Shown: positions 26,701 to 39,540, counted from the first letter of the whole stretch. The stretch is 63,978 nucleotides of DNA, filler included, from Phoronis australis (GCA_002633005.1; 8 parts of 8 records of this genome joined end to end with filler, not necessarily neighbours in it), one strand, 5' to 3'. Notes: generated by a model from the letters alone, not told the origin. Numbers and translations: made by a program.

Positions 26701-27832
26701 ATACATGATCTATCAGTGAACCAGAATCAATTGTTGCTATGGTTATCATCTGCCCAAATCCATAACTCATCATTAATGACGTCACTAGTGTATCTTTTAT
26801 GTCGAGGAGGTTATCATTAAAATCACCCAGTATAAGTGTTGGTACATGCTCTGGTAATTTTATTAACAAGGACTCTAAGTGTTCCACAAACAGTCTACAC
26901 GATGAGCTTGGACTACGATAAATCGTTACAACTACAAGACGACCGAGTTGTGTTTTGACAACAATTGCCTTATACTCAAAGCAAGACAAACCGAGTGATG
27001 GAAATATTTCTGTAGGCTGTAGCTTGGATGATGCACAGATTAGAATTCCATGATTTTTTCTTTGGTCAATGGTGCTAGATACATCAGATCTAAAAGCTAC
27101 ATCAGAATGACTTTTTAAGAACTCATCAAGGCAGTCACCTTGTGAAAGATAAGTCTCTGTAAAACACATGATATCAACATAGTTGTAAAACTCTTTCTCG
27201 AAACTGCTCATCAAGTCTTTCTGTTTTTGCAACAAATAATGAATGTTCAAATGACCAATAGCAAGAACTGAGTCTTTCAAAAGATCATTTTCAGTGAAAC
27301 ACATACTGTGCATGTCCTTCATTTCAGCAGCAACTTTAGAATCTGTCTTTATCCCTCTAGGGTCAAACTGTGTAACATACAACCCCTCAAGTGACTTAAC
27401 TCTACTAAATGCTACATATGCTTGTCCACTACTGAACTTGTTGGCCCCTTTCATACACACAACTATTTCATCCATTGTCAGTCCTTGACATTTGTGAATC
27501 GTAACAGCCCATGCCAAAGTCAGAAGAAACTGTAAACGAGACACTTGTGCACTTTTTATTCCACCTTTTTCAAATTTAGATTCATGTCTCATGATGGGAA
27601 CAGCATCGGGATACTTAAGTTTCCATTGACCTGATGCAATAGCTTTTCTTCCACCTTGAGTATTGTCAAATTTAACAAGTACAGTTATAACTCTTTCATC
27701 ATTCCCTTTCTCAATCCCATCTACAACACCAATAACACCGTTAACGAGCCCATCTGAAGTGTCAACATTATAAATCAACATCACTCTGGCACCATTGCAA
27801 ATTTCCAATACAGAATGTAAACCACCAGTCTC
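26600..27832 (-). pseudogene. Helentron C-terminus: Pif1-like helicase tail fused to an APE/EEP endonuclease
   Basis: Helicase motifs GARVMLIYNVDTSDGLVNG, LAWAVTIHKCQGLT and GQAYVAFSRV. Endonuclease motifs HLNI, CFTET, IYRSP, LGDFN, IDHVY and YSDHD. Rep and helicase motifs I-IV are absent. Confidence 0.92.
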
Positions 27833-28713
27833 AGCTCAAGTTCATTAAGATTTTTGAGTTCGGCTGGTTGAGAATCAAGTAGTAAATTATTTGCCTTCGA
27901 CTGACTGGACATTTTCCCACACATCAGAGCACAATGACAAGTTCTGCATAACCATTCATTACCATCAACAGATAATTTTCTGTGAAGTAGAACAGACTGT
28001 ACCACATCTGAATTCATTGTTGTGTACTGTTCTGGCTTCAACAAAACAACCGAATGTCTATACAACAAACGATGACAAGAGCAACAAATGTGATCAGGTC
28101 CATGACGAACATTCTTGAGAAAATCTTTGATAACCCTTTCAGCAGTACGAATCATTGATTTTCTTTTAAGGGAAACTTTCTTTTGATAACACAACCGTTT
28201 GTTTCTTTTTTCAGGCGTTTCATTTGCACGGGATTTTTTTGCATTCATTTTTGACTGATGAACTCTTTTAGTCCTTTCTAAAGTAGGTTCTTGTGCATGA
28301 TATTTAGTAGTACGCGCATGAACTTTGTCAAGTCTTGTACGTCTCTCAATCTGAGTTTCTTTAGCATTACGTTTAGTTACATTTGCATGAACTTTGTCAA
28401 GTCTTGTACGTCTCTCAATCTGAGTTTCTTTAGCATTACGTTTAGTTACATTTGCATGAACTTTGTCAAGTCTTGTACGTCTCTCAGTCAGCGTCTCTTT
28501 AGAATCACGTTTGGTAACACTTGCATTAACTTTATCGAGTCTAGCGCGTTTTGTATCAGGCGTTTCTTGATTTCGTTCTTCAGTAATAGTAGCCAAAACT
28601 TTATCAAGACGTATCCTTCTCTGTTCAGATGTTTCTAACTGGCGATGCTTTTCCATTCTTAATCTTGCGAGTTCTTTTCTCCTTAGAGCACTCTGTTTTT
28701 TAGTTCGAGGCAT
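27781..28713 (-). CDS. Helentron N-terminus: STPR-like 23-aa repeats plus Cys-rich Zn-finger region, truncated by an internal deletion
   Basis: ATG start and about seven ETxxxRxxRL 23-aa repeats. PDHICCSCHRLLY...WLCRTCH...ANNL...PAELKNLNELELRLV is typical of Helitron/Helentron N-termini. Confidence 0.85.
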   Translation of the reverse strand: MPRTKKQSALRRKELARLRMEKHRQLETSEQRRIRLDKVLATITEERNQETPDTKRARLDKVNASVTKRDSKETLTERRTRLDKVHANVTKRNAKETQIERRTRLDKVHANVTKRNAKETQIERRTRLDKVHARTTKYHAQEPTLERTKRVHQSKMNAKKSRANETPEKRNKRLCYQKKVSLKRKSMIRTAERVIKDFLKNVRHGPDHICCSCHRLLYRHSVVLLKPEQYTTMNSDVVQSVLLHRKLSVDGNEWLCRTCHCALMCGKMSSQSKANNLLLDSQPAELKNLNELELRLVVYILYWKFAMVPE

Positions 28714-29036
28714 AGTGATAATTGGTATGTATGTAAAATTGATTCAAGCAGCTCTACAGTAACAAACTCTTACCTTTAACACCGATATCTCAGTACGTAC
28801 ATGTACGTACCTGAATCTTGTCCAACATCCAATTGAGTATCTAGCTACAAGTATACAATGTACTGTATTATTAAAGTGCTGCGGTCATTTAACTAAGTTT
28901 ACACCTAGTCAACAATAAGCAATTTCTATAACAACTTGATCAATTGTATCACCAAATGTCGTTATGCAGCAATAACTCAATATTTTTGTGTTTAGAAATC
29001 AACACTATTGTATAGGTTTGGCATGTAGTTTGTGGC

Positions 29037-29207
29037 AAATCTCCAATATTGTAAATCTCCGATATTACAAAGCTCCAATATTATGAATCTCCGATATTAC
29101 AACGCTCCAATATTGTAAATCTCAGATATTACAAAGCTCCAATATTGTGAATCTCCGATATTGCAAATCTCCAATGTTGCGAATCTCCGATATTGCAAAT
29201 CTCCAAA
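29037..29207. repeat. 16 bp minisatellite with alternating variants (32 bp dimer), ~10 copies
   Basis: aaatctccaatattgt / aaatctccgatattac units upstream of the Helentron ATG. Confidence 0.92.
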
Positions 29208-31213
29208 TGAGATGAGATGAGAATGATACGATTTGAAAATCCACCTGAAAAAGAAAAACAAATATCTCATCATAATGCAATCAACGTAATTTTAAAATCA
29301 GTTTAGTCAACATCACATGTCTAATTAATCCAACTACATAATATGATGAATATAATTAACAGATTTACAAAAGTTTAATTTTTAATGACAAACATGGAAC
29401 ATGAATATTATATATGCTCCTACTGTCTTGATACATAAGTGGCCTGCATACAGAATGCTTCAGTACCTGATGTCAAATGAAATCATTATTTATTATGTGA
29501 CATCATGAGCGCACAAAGGATCCAAAAGAGTTGATAGTATCACATCATTTCACTTTCTCAGACCATCTTGTGTTCCGCTTATGTACTAACCTGAACTGAA
29601 TTTCCACAATTGTAACTCTTCCAAAGAACTGAAAAGAACCAAAGTGTATTTTATTACCAACTTGACATCTAGCAAAACACTATTGCAGCAAAAAGAATGA
29701 CACATTTTTTGTTTAATAATAGTTAAACAAATTACCAACCAAGAATTTGTTACCATTATACTACTGCATTTTGGTTCAATTTTGCAATGTCTAGATTAAA
29801 GATTAATAACAAATTTCAGGTCAATCATAATTAAATCCTTACAACGGTTTACTTATGTCTAGTCTTTAAAATATGAACGGTAAAATATAAAAATAAAATA
29901 GGCTTACAACATCGGATCATTACATTGTTAAAAGGAAAAGAACAATGACAGCACATCAGCTTAGAAATAAATACATCTGACCTAGGAGGAAACCTCAAAC
30001 CACAAGATAACGTAAGTGGATTTGGGAGGGGGGTAACAAGGGGACTGGCCCATGGCCCTTCGAAAACTAGAGTGATCAGGATGAGCATTTTTAAGAACTA
30101 TATTGACTTTTCCAGGGTTCAAACTAAACGCGACGCTGATTGGTCAAATGTATTCAACATAACCAGTCAAAACGTCTCTGAATTACAAAACGTGACTCAA
30201 ACCAGGTGAAATATTCTCAATACAATAATACATATTATTTATAAAATTTATTCTAGTACAATTGTTGGAATAGATTCATTTTGTTTCTGCCAAAAAATAT
30301 TGCTCATAGTTGTCTCTGAAAAGAGAGTTTCTAGTATCTGATATGAGTAGTGATAAAATTTTCTGCATCCACAAAAACTATTAGATGAGTCATTTGTAAT
30401 CATTTTACCTTGTCCATCAATTATCTCAAGAACCACTCGATGGATCATTATGAACTTTGGTATAGAGGTACTTGGCAAGGATGCGCCTGCACCAGTCGAT
30501 TACCGATTGCAGGGAGGGTCAATTGTGAGACGCTGGATAGAACTAGTGTGGCACTTCGTTAGGTTTTGACAAGACAGGTTGATTATCTCAAAAAGTACTA
30601 GACACAACTGGAAAGTTGACACAAAAATATCTGTATTAAAGTGCTTTTCATCTCCCTCCATACAGATTGTGCTGGAACAGTCTCAATTAAAAATCTTGTA
30701 TCTGTCCCCGAGTACTACTACATACAGGACCTTTCATACTATCGTCAACGCATTGATGGTTTGGGGAGTTGCGATCATTATGAACACTTAACTTTGGTTC
30801 GGATCATTGTTAACAGCTCCAATTAACATTGCAGTTTACAGGTGGATTTAAGACCGCAACGTCGACGCTGCAGTACAGAATGAACGCTCAACTTCGGTCC
30901 AATCGAAGTCATCACCAGGTGCTACTGTTATCGTTAACAGTTACAAGGTAGTGCCGTCACTAATAGCTGCTTATATTTTGCTCTAATAATAACCAATCGA
31001 TTTAAAAATAAGTTTAATGTCACTCAGCACATGTAAATATTTCCAAAAGGAAACAATGAAAAAAATCTTAGCGTGGAACGGTACTTGCGATAAATTCGAT
31101 GATCACAGCGGCACACAACCGCTTACTTTGATGTTCATTAATTACCGAAGCCAGTATGAACGGTCCAGTTAACTGTGCTGTTTACGTCGACGCTCCTCTC
31201 AGACTGGAGTTAA

Positions 31214-32441
31214 GGTAGGTGGATACACAAAAAAATAATTTTAACCGTTTTTTACATTTTCATGTCATCCTAATCTTTAATTCTTGATGCACAGTATATT
31301 GAAGAAAAATAAGATCATTCTGAAAATCCAAAGTTGTTTTTATCTATATTCGACCAAGCCTCAGTAGCCATCACTGCACTCAGCTTGAGGAGTCAGTGCA
31401 GAACGTGGGTGGTGTTGCACGATTCGGTGAGAGTGCATGCACGCGCTGTGAAGATAAGCTACGCGCCCGACACATGGTCAACTACATGCCGTCAGAGTAA
31501 AGTCTTTGCAGATAAACCGCGCGTCTGTGGTGGGAACGCGAGGTGGAGAAACTAGTCTGTCAAACCCAGGGGATTTTTTAACTTGCTACTGGCCGTAACC
31601 CAAAGAATTAGAGAAATGACCCAGTGTTCAACATAACAAAAATTTTCTAGTGCATAGATTCAAACGTATCCCTGAATTAAAACTCATGATATTATACGAT
31701 TTTAGAGGAAAGCAATATAAGAAACTTCGGTAACTTGAAAATCTCACCCAAGCGACGCTATTTGCAGAAAGTGATATTTTCTTATCCCAAAGTCCATTCG
31801 GTACAGTCACGTAAAACAAATTGGTCAGTGTCTTATAGTTAGAGTGTCTTTTACTACACTGAGTGGAGATTTCAGATGAATCGTATAAACAATCAACACA
31901 TGGTTTTAATGTGTGGTCGGCACACCAGTACAGCAGACGATAGATCAACGCTAAGCTCCGCCCACGTGACAGCCATATTTGTTTTGGTCGTCTGTCGTGC
32001 TTCACAAGTTCGATTTGCAAATTTGAAATCCTCTAGGACTGAAAGAAAATCGCGTGCCAGGGATTTTTGATACATGGACCAGATTTTTAGTTATTAGACG
32101 GAAAGTGACCAAATGACAAAAAGTGGCGTGCTTGCTCCAACTCACACTCAAAAAATGCCGAAAAATCAAGATCATGATGATTTTGTACATATATTTGGTA
32201 TGGATAAGTAGAATATTGCGTAAGGAAACAGTTGATGATGATCCCTGTGCATTTCGAAAAAAATCGAGGTAAAATTGATTTTTTTGGAAATTAAAAAATA
32301 CGATTTAAAAAAAAACGAACTTTAAAAAGCTTTCTTTTTTCGATTTTTGTCACTTTCAGAGTCATGTCTAACTAGTTAAAACTCCCTTTTTTTCTCATTT
32401 TAGTTAGGAACCTGGAGATTTGACCAGTGTATACACCCACC
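31214..32441. mobile_element. Non-autonomous DNA transposon with TTAA TSD, Kolobok-like
   Basis: TTAA|GGTAGGTGGATACAC ... GTGTATACACCCACC|TTAA: 15 bp TIR with 2 mismatches. Purine-purine termini plus TTAA suggest Kolobok. Confidence 0.75.
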
Positions 32442-34194
32442 TTAAGTCAATGGAAGGGCGTTACATGAAGCTCTCTGTTTATAGTTAAGCTCTATTATAC
32501 AATTGGACACTGATATCTCTCTTGCAGCACAAATATTCAAAGAAACAAAGCTATGTCATTTCATCAATATTATACTGATCAAGAATTAATAAGACCGTGG
32601 CTAGAGAAGATTAGCAGATAATTGAATAGACTAACTTTGCAATTAAATTATGACATTATGACACAATCTGATATCGGTTCTAGTCGACTTTAGTGTATCA
32701 CCAGCGGTCCTAATGCTTAAAGAGCTAGTACTTTCAAGCACATCCATTTCTAGTAGCACTTTGAACTTCTCCAAATTATAACCATAATTAAATAAATAGT
32801 TTCTAAAATTAAAGAAAATGACAAAATTTTAATGTTCTAGAAACTCAGTCTCAAAATCCGAGACTTAACTCACAGAGACTGCTTGAGTGGTCAGACTGGA
32901 CTGATGACATGCAGTCACATAGATTTGTTTATATTACATAAAACTGCAGGTGACACACATACCCTCTGAAGTTGATGAACTAATCATTTCACAGTAAAAC
33001 AAGCAGTCATGCAATGATGCAAAATATAGGTCTCCTGGTGTAACATTTGACTTTCATAATTATTACTTAAAAGCTGTTTTGAATCTGAAAAGGTCATGCG
33101 TAGATATTCTCTTAGAACAAGAACATAATATGTATATGAATAGTGTGTAACCACTTGCTATAGTGGAAGTTATGCGGGGGGGGGGAGTGTATTAGCATAG
33201 TTGGCAGACCTGGGTATCTTACGTATAGTCCCATTGATGACCTTGTTGTTTTATGTAGCTTTATATAAGGATTGCTGGAGGAAAATTTTTTAGAACGTTC
33301 CGATTGCTCAGTAGCATCAGAAAATACGAAAATATTGACCTAGACAAATCTACAACTAAACTCACTGGTCAATGGTGATAAACTCAAAATATTGTACACA
33401 GCCTCTAAAACCCTAGTTGGATATAGCTTCGTGTGGCTCAACGACATTTGCATTGTCACTGTAGCCAACCTCAATATCAGATATAGTTACGGTAAACTGA
33501 CTTAATAGAACAAGAGAACAGTGTGGTGCTCAGGGATAATCGTTTAAAATAGAAAGTCACTCCATTTGTGGAGAGTCATTAGGCATATCAAGGACAATTA
33601 ATCACTTGTATCTACATTTCAATTTCTTTAAACAATACTGGCTCAGTAAATCAATTGTGGACAGTTACATGTTGTTAGCATACTTCAGAGGCCCTGTTGT
33701 GAATGAGTGATACGATACATATGGCTTTTGCAACAAATGACATGACGTATCAAGTATAACATTAGTTTGTTAACTTATTTTTATCAGCATATTAGAATGT
33801 ACATTTGGCTCATAATAGCTGACTACACCTCATGATAGCCATGTTAGTTTTCAAATAGAATAACGTGGACCATAATCATGTAAGAGACACAAACTGAAGA
33901 AAAAAAGTGAATCACTTTGTGCTTTAAGTGTTGAAAAATACAGATATAATTAAGGAGCATGAAGAGACCATTGAGGCTTGGTTTAAAACACAATTACGCA
34001 AGTGAAACACCAAGAGATTAAAAATAATTAACGCATGCGGTTCGTAATGGTTAATTCATTCAAGTCAAAAATGGCACCGCATGGTAATGTCTAATGATCA
34101 CAATTAATTCGCCATTTTGAAGTTTTTAATCGTCAATCTACATTTTCTAAAAATGATACGTACCGAGTATAGACACACAAATTGACTTTCATTT

Positions 34195-34601
34195 TTTTTT
34201 GTCTGTTCGCTCTCTACAGGTCGCAATTCTGGTCCGATTTTCACGAAATTTGCACATGTAGATCGGGAATCACTGGAAAGCTATTGTTTTTGGTCATGAT
34301 CGGATACAAAATGGCGGACGTGGCGGCCATTTTGTATCCGATTTCACAGTCAAATACTCGTAGAGGCCGCATTTTTCAACCTACATGGCTGAAAATCGAA
34401 ATGAATATACTACAACGCATGTGCTACTATTGTGCAGAAAATCGTTGACTTCCAGTTAAAGATGGCGGAAATATTGGACGTGGCGCATGCGCACCCCGAA
34501 ATATGGCTAAAAACGTTTTCTCCTGTAGAGGGCGCAATTGCAAACCAATCACTTTCAAACTGGTCACGTGTTAGTTGAGTTTAATAAGCTTTTATAAAAA
34601 A
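34195..34601. repeat. Further B-type copy of the 12858-20290 array unit, running into a gap
   Basis: Near-identical to ~15749-16150 (gttcgctctctacaggtcgcaattctggtccg...aagctttttataaaaa). Confidence 0.92.
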
Positions 34602-35109
34602 NNNNNNNNNNNNNNNNNNNNNNNNNNNNNNNNNNNNNNNNNNNNTTAATTAATTAANNNNNNNNNNNNNNNNNNNNNNNNNNNNNNNNNNNNNNNNNNN
34701 NTAAATTCGGACACCACAAAATGATATTTCGCGAGATTCGTCCAAGAATGAATTTTTTCTATTGGAATTAATTTTCAGTGTCCGAAAATCACGCGACTTT
34801 ACCGTACCTTTTAACAGGCCTTTACAGGGAATTTAAAAAAAGTTAGAGACTGGTTAAACCTGATGCAGGCAGGAGACAGCCTGGGTTCAAATACGAGTGA
34901 AATAACACAGTTATCAATATACAATTAGCTCTGTGGCTACAGTACCAAATACTAGCAGTGCTGTAGGTTTATTTAGTGATCAAGAAATGACATAAATGAC
35001 TGGACACATTACTAGTATTCATTCTAAACTGTGATCCCAGGTGTGTCAGCTACACTGGCCCACTTCAGACAATTGCAGCTTACTTCTACCTACCTGTACA
35101 TGTATATCG

Positions 35110-35175
<66 letters not shown>
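35110..35175. repeat. (TCA)22 microsatellite
   Basis: Perfect trinucleotide run. Confidence 0.97.
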
Positions 35176-35877
35176 ATTTGAAGTCTTAACAGCATTTACT
35201 GAATTGGTTGATGACACTGGCTGCGTGTGATGTTGAGGCAATGGTTAATAGCAAATTAAGGGGATGTATCAGGCCATCAGGGACTCGTGGGTGTGTATCT
35301 GACTATTCAATAATTCCGGTTCGTTTCAAGACCAGGTAGTGTAGGTGCCACTGGTACAGTGAGACCGTTGGCGTTGCTGACAGTGACAAAACATAACTTA
35401 CACGAAAACTGAGCACCCAGCTGTGTGCTACCGATGAGTGGTATGAACCCAATTCAAGGGAATGATTAAGCTGCCTGCGCAGAACACGGCGATGGAACTG
35501 CCTAGTCCTAGCCCTTGCCCTACCCCTAGCCGGCTAGCCCTAGGCCTACGCTAGAGCTGAGGTTGAGAGTTGAACAGTTTTACAGCTGTACGACGGTGAG
35601 GAGAAAAATAACATACCGTACTAACCTGCTCTGATCGTTTGTAAAATCGAGAGGCCCGTCTTCTGCTTGTCCTATCTCTGTCATGATCGTGCATGTGGAG
35701 TAAAGGAATATAGCAGCTTTCTAGAAACTTGTGAAATTATTAGTCAGAAGACACATTTTGCAAAGTCATCCAGCAAAATATTGTTTACGAAACCTCATAC
35801 AGCGCCCTCTTCAAACGGAATTCTCAAAACGTGGCGCTGTTGCGCTGCATTCTCCCGCTGGTTCCCTGCGTGTCAGG

Positions 35878-36473
35878 AGGCAGAATGGTGAATGTTGGCC
35901 AATTCCCCTTTTGTCCACTGACGTCACAAGCATACTGGCGCCCCCAGTGGAGGCCCTGAGAACTCGAAAATAAACCGAGTTCTTGAACCCGGTAGCCGAC
36001 CCAAGCAGGCGAACAGACTTGTATATATTGTGGGACGTTGAGAATCGTTTTTTTTCTAAAAACATAATGCATGGAATATAATAATGAATGGTATATAGTA
36101 TCAATTAATTATGATTTAAAGATTCCTTTTTAGTCGAGCGTAAACGAGGCTATTTCGCGTGGGGATAAAACTTTGGCTTTGCCGTGTGTCACAGAAGAAC
36201 ATTTGGATGGTGTTGCAGGATCGCGAGAATGAATATTCCAATTTTCTTAATTTATTGGAACAATATTAATTTTGTGAGAGGTATGACATGCAACATTATT
36301 TAAAAAACACTCTAAAACATAGCGACTCTGGAAAAATCATAAAAAAATACTTTAACCACAGTCGCCAGCATGCTTGTTTANTTATGAGTTCTCAGGGCCT
36401 CCACTGGGGGCGCCAGTATGCTTGTGACGTCAGTGGACAAAAGGGGAATTGGCCAACATTCACCATTCTGCCT
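35878..36473. repeat. 88 bp perfect inverted repeat (35878-35965 / 36386-36473) with a 420 bp spacer
   Basis: aggcagaatggtgaatg...gccctgagaactc and its exact reverse complement. A single N lies at 36381. Confidence 0.88.
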
Positions 36474-39294
36474 GACGACGAGAGGTAATCGGACTATACA
36501 AGACAAGAAGAATATGCCATATTTCTTTTCAGAACAGATAACGGTTTTAAATACTTACAAAGAAAATATCTGCCTGGGATATTGGCATTGTGCGTCAGCA
36601 ATAAGCAGAGCCTTGTCTCAACTCAGTTCTGAGAGCTATTCCTGAGACCGTTCTCCGTCCAGTCCACACACCACAGAGAACGTATTTCTGACTTCCGGTT
36701 TTCAGCACACGAATTCTGGCCAAGTTATGTTTTAAGAATGTAAGACATAAATGCATTATAATCTTTTAATGTGAAGAACTTCCGGAATTTTTAGTTTTTT
36801 TAGCTCTACGACTCATCAGTTTATCAAGTTTTAACATTTTTATAATAAGCCCAGAACAATACATGGGTGCACTGAGAAAATGGCGGCGCCCTTGCGAGCA
36901 GTGTGAATTTGTGAAAATGTAACTAAAACCCCGCTCGTTTTCAGCTTCTGTAACTTTTGCAGTGAAAAGTCACTTAGTCTTCAAGTTTTGAAACTAACAC
37001 CTTCCACTTCCAAGCCAGGTTTCTTAACCAGTCGGCCAAAGAGGAATTTGCCGGTACCACCGTCTCCCTACGACCACCGTCCCTACCTGGCTCGGTACTA
37101 GGCAATGACCATCGCCTCTGTTGGCCCGAAGCAGAGGCGATGCAGAGGCTATAGGCGCTCTGTACGCCGGAAGCTTTTCGGCGAATTATGCCTTGCACCG
37201 ACTAAACCATCAAAGTCACGTTGTTATAAATACCTTTTGCGCACACCTTAGGAGGTTGTCGATGTGTTTAATTCCTTCCAACTCGAACAAATACTCCCGT
37301 TATGAAACTTCTTCTTCGAGCAGTCCCTATTTCAATTCCCAAAATCGTGAAATCAACTTTTTCATTTTTTTAACCAAGCCGAAGGTCAGAAGTTGTCACA
37401 GTGGACCTACCGGCGAACTTTGAAAGCTGAAGTTCCCGCCCTTCGCGTACGTGCTGCCGGGAACCAGCCGTGCATTTGCCGTGTTGTTAAACATTAAAAT
37501 ATCAAATATGTGCACAAAGACTATTAAATGTCATATCAACAGCATTTATTTTTATCAAATACAAACAATGATTCATTGAAATACAATCAGTTTCAAGTAA
37601 CGGCAATTAAAGACAAGTATAAGTGGTGGCATTTTGGAAACGAACATTTGACTGACAAGACCGCAATGGCTCACCTTTGNNNNNNNNNNNNNNNNNNNNN
37701 NNNNNNNNNNNNNNNNNNNNNNNTTAATTAATTAANNNNNNNNNNNNNNNNNNNNNNNNNNNNNNNNNNNNNNNNNNNNTTAAGTCAGTTGAGTCCAAGA
37801 AGATCAAGTCGAGAGATCAAGTGAGTTCAAGTAAGTTAATCAGGAGAACTACAGTTGAGTTGCAGAATCAGCAGTTACAGCGATAGTCAATAGAGAGCCA
37901 GCTATAGAGACAGCAGGTTATTGAATTGAGTGTAACAGTTGCTGGAAGTATCTCAGAAGTTCAATACAAGTCAAGGCTTCGCAGCACTGGCTGGAGCATA
38001 AACAGACATTACGTCGGACGTTTTTGTTTGAATAGGCTTGTGAACGTACGGTCGGGATTAATAAAGGATTAACTCGAACCAGACTTCAGTCAATCTTCAC
38101 ACCGAAAGCTATTAGCACCGGTCTGTAACAACCTGCGCCCACCCACACACGGGGAAAAACGTGACAACCTAATTTGTATCAATTTAGATAGAGTAGTTCT
38201 ACTCCATAACGACACGTACGGTTCCATTACCTGACGGCAGACGGAGGTGTTGAAATTATCCAATGACGTCATCGGTTTCACACGCAGTCTGTTCAGCAGT
38301 TCACAACACGGGTTACTAGTGTCGGCTTATCGCTTGAAGTAATTGTTTAACACCAATAAATGATCAAACTTGGGTGTAAAACCCTTAAGAATACACCGAG
38401 TTCTTATAAAAGGTGTTGTTTTATTTTGCTCTTACGGATTTATTGGTATTTGGACACATTGTAGCCTACAACGGTTCGGCAGGCCAATAAGGTCCGTAGC
38501 AGGACTTTGGGATCTGTGCGGAGATAATTTCGAAATATTTTCTGTGAGATACAGACATAGTTGGTGGGCCAGAATTTGTAGGGCCTCTAGAAAATGGTTT
38601 TTGTGAGTACTGTAGGGGGGCAATTTTATTTTGGTGTTTTTAAATTCATTTATTAGAGTGTTTTCAAAATCTAAAAAGTTCCCACATATAAAGTTGCACA
38701 TTTTGGAGAAATTTGAGTTTGAAGTTACCTAATAATCACCAAAGAGCTTAGTAAACTTATATTTGTAAAAACAAGTTTTGGTGACTTTTTTGTAAATCAA
38801 GTAATAGGGTCCCATCAGTGCCATTGTATTGAACAATATTACACTCACATTACATGTTTTACTATTGTAGATTAATTGTAAACAGTGAAATTTTAAAAAT
38901 GTAAAGAGACACCTAGTGGCAAAAATGCAAACTAAGTCTGAATGTTACTAGGAAGTTATTCTGTCATTGTCTGGCAACAAAAATAACACAAAACACTTGA
39001 GACAGGGCAAAATTTGTGCCTCAATGACTAAAGCATTGACTAATGGTGTAAAATACAGCTTGTTTGCATAATACACCAGAAATACGTTATAGTACAAAAA
39101 CAATATATAGTTGAATGGTCTCTGTGAATGTGCACACAGACTGTATGAAAATAATAGATTATTCTGACAGCGTTTATCAAACAGTGTGAGACAAATACAT
39201 GACAATGACCAAAGTATGCATTTCCTATGACTTAATCAACAAATAAAATTAACTTTTTAATATAAAAAACGAAATAACAGGGTTAGAGGTCTAT

Positions 39295-39540
39295 TTAGGC
39301 TTGACTTGTCAAAGAACTATCCAATGTTATGCAGTCAGTGTTGCTGATGTTACTACAGTTGTCACAGCTGCACATTTCTGTGCAGTTTGACCCAGCACAC
39401 ATGTTCTTTTTGCACTGGCAGCGTTCATCGTTTAGTACTGTTAATGGAGATGCGGGCATTGCCATATATTTTAACTGCAAAGCTCCACTACCAAGGAGCC
39501 AAGTATGGTCGATTAGAGAGGGTACAGCACTGCACACTGG
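39295..39540 (-). pseudogene. Degenerate tesmin/TSO1-like CXC domain fragment, probably transposon-derived
   Basis: W...L.L.YM..PASP..VL...RCQCKK..C...CTEMCSCDNCSN cysteine pattern. Confidence 0.5.

Noticed and set aside
26600-27270. APE endonuclease as a LINE ORF2
   Set aside because: It is C-terminal to a Pif1 helicase with no reverse transcriptase, which is the Helentron arrangement.
27781-27832. Programmed frameshift linking the two Helentron ORFs
   Set aside because: No slippery site is present, and the missing Rep/helicase core is better explained by deletion.
21683-29207. Regular repeats as a possible CRISPR array
   Set aside because: Units are contiguous with no unique spacers, there are no cas genes, and the context is eukaryotic.
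37780-38130. LTR-like segment ending TGTAACA after AATAAA
   Set aside because: The 5' end is in a gap, with no partner LTR or clear PBS.
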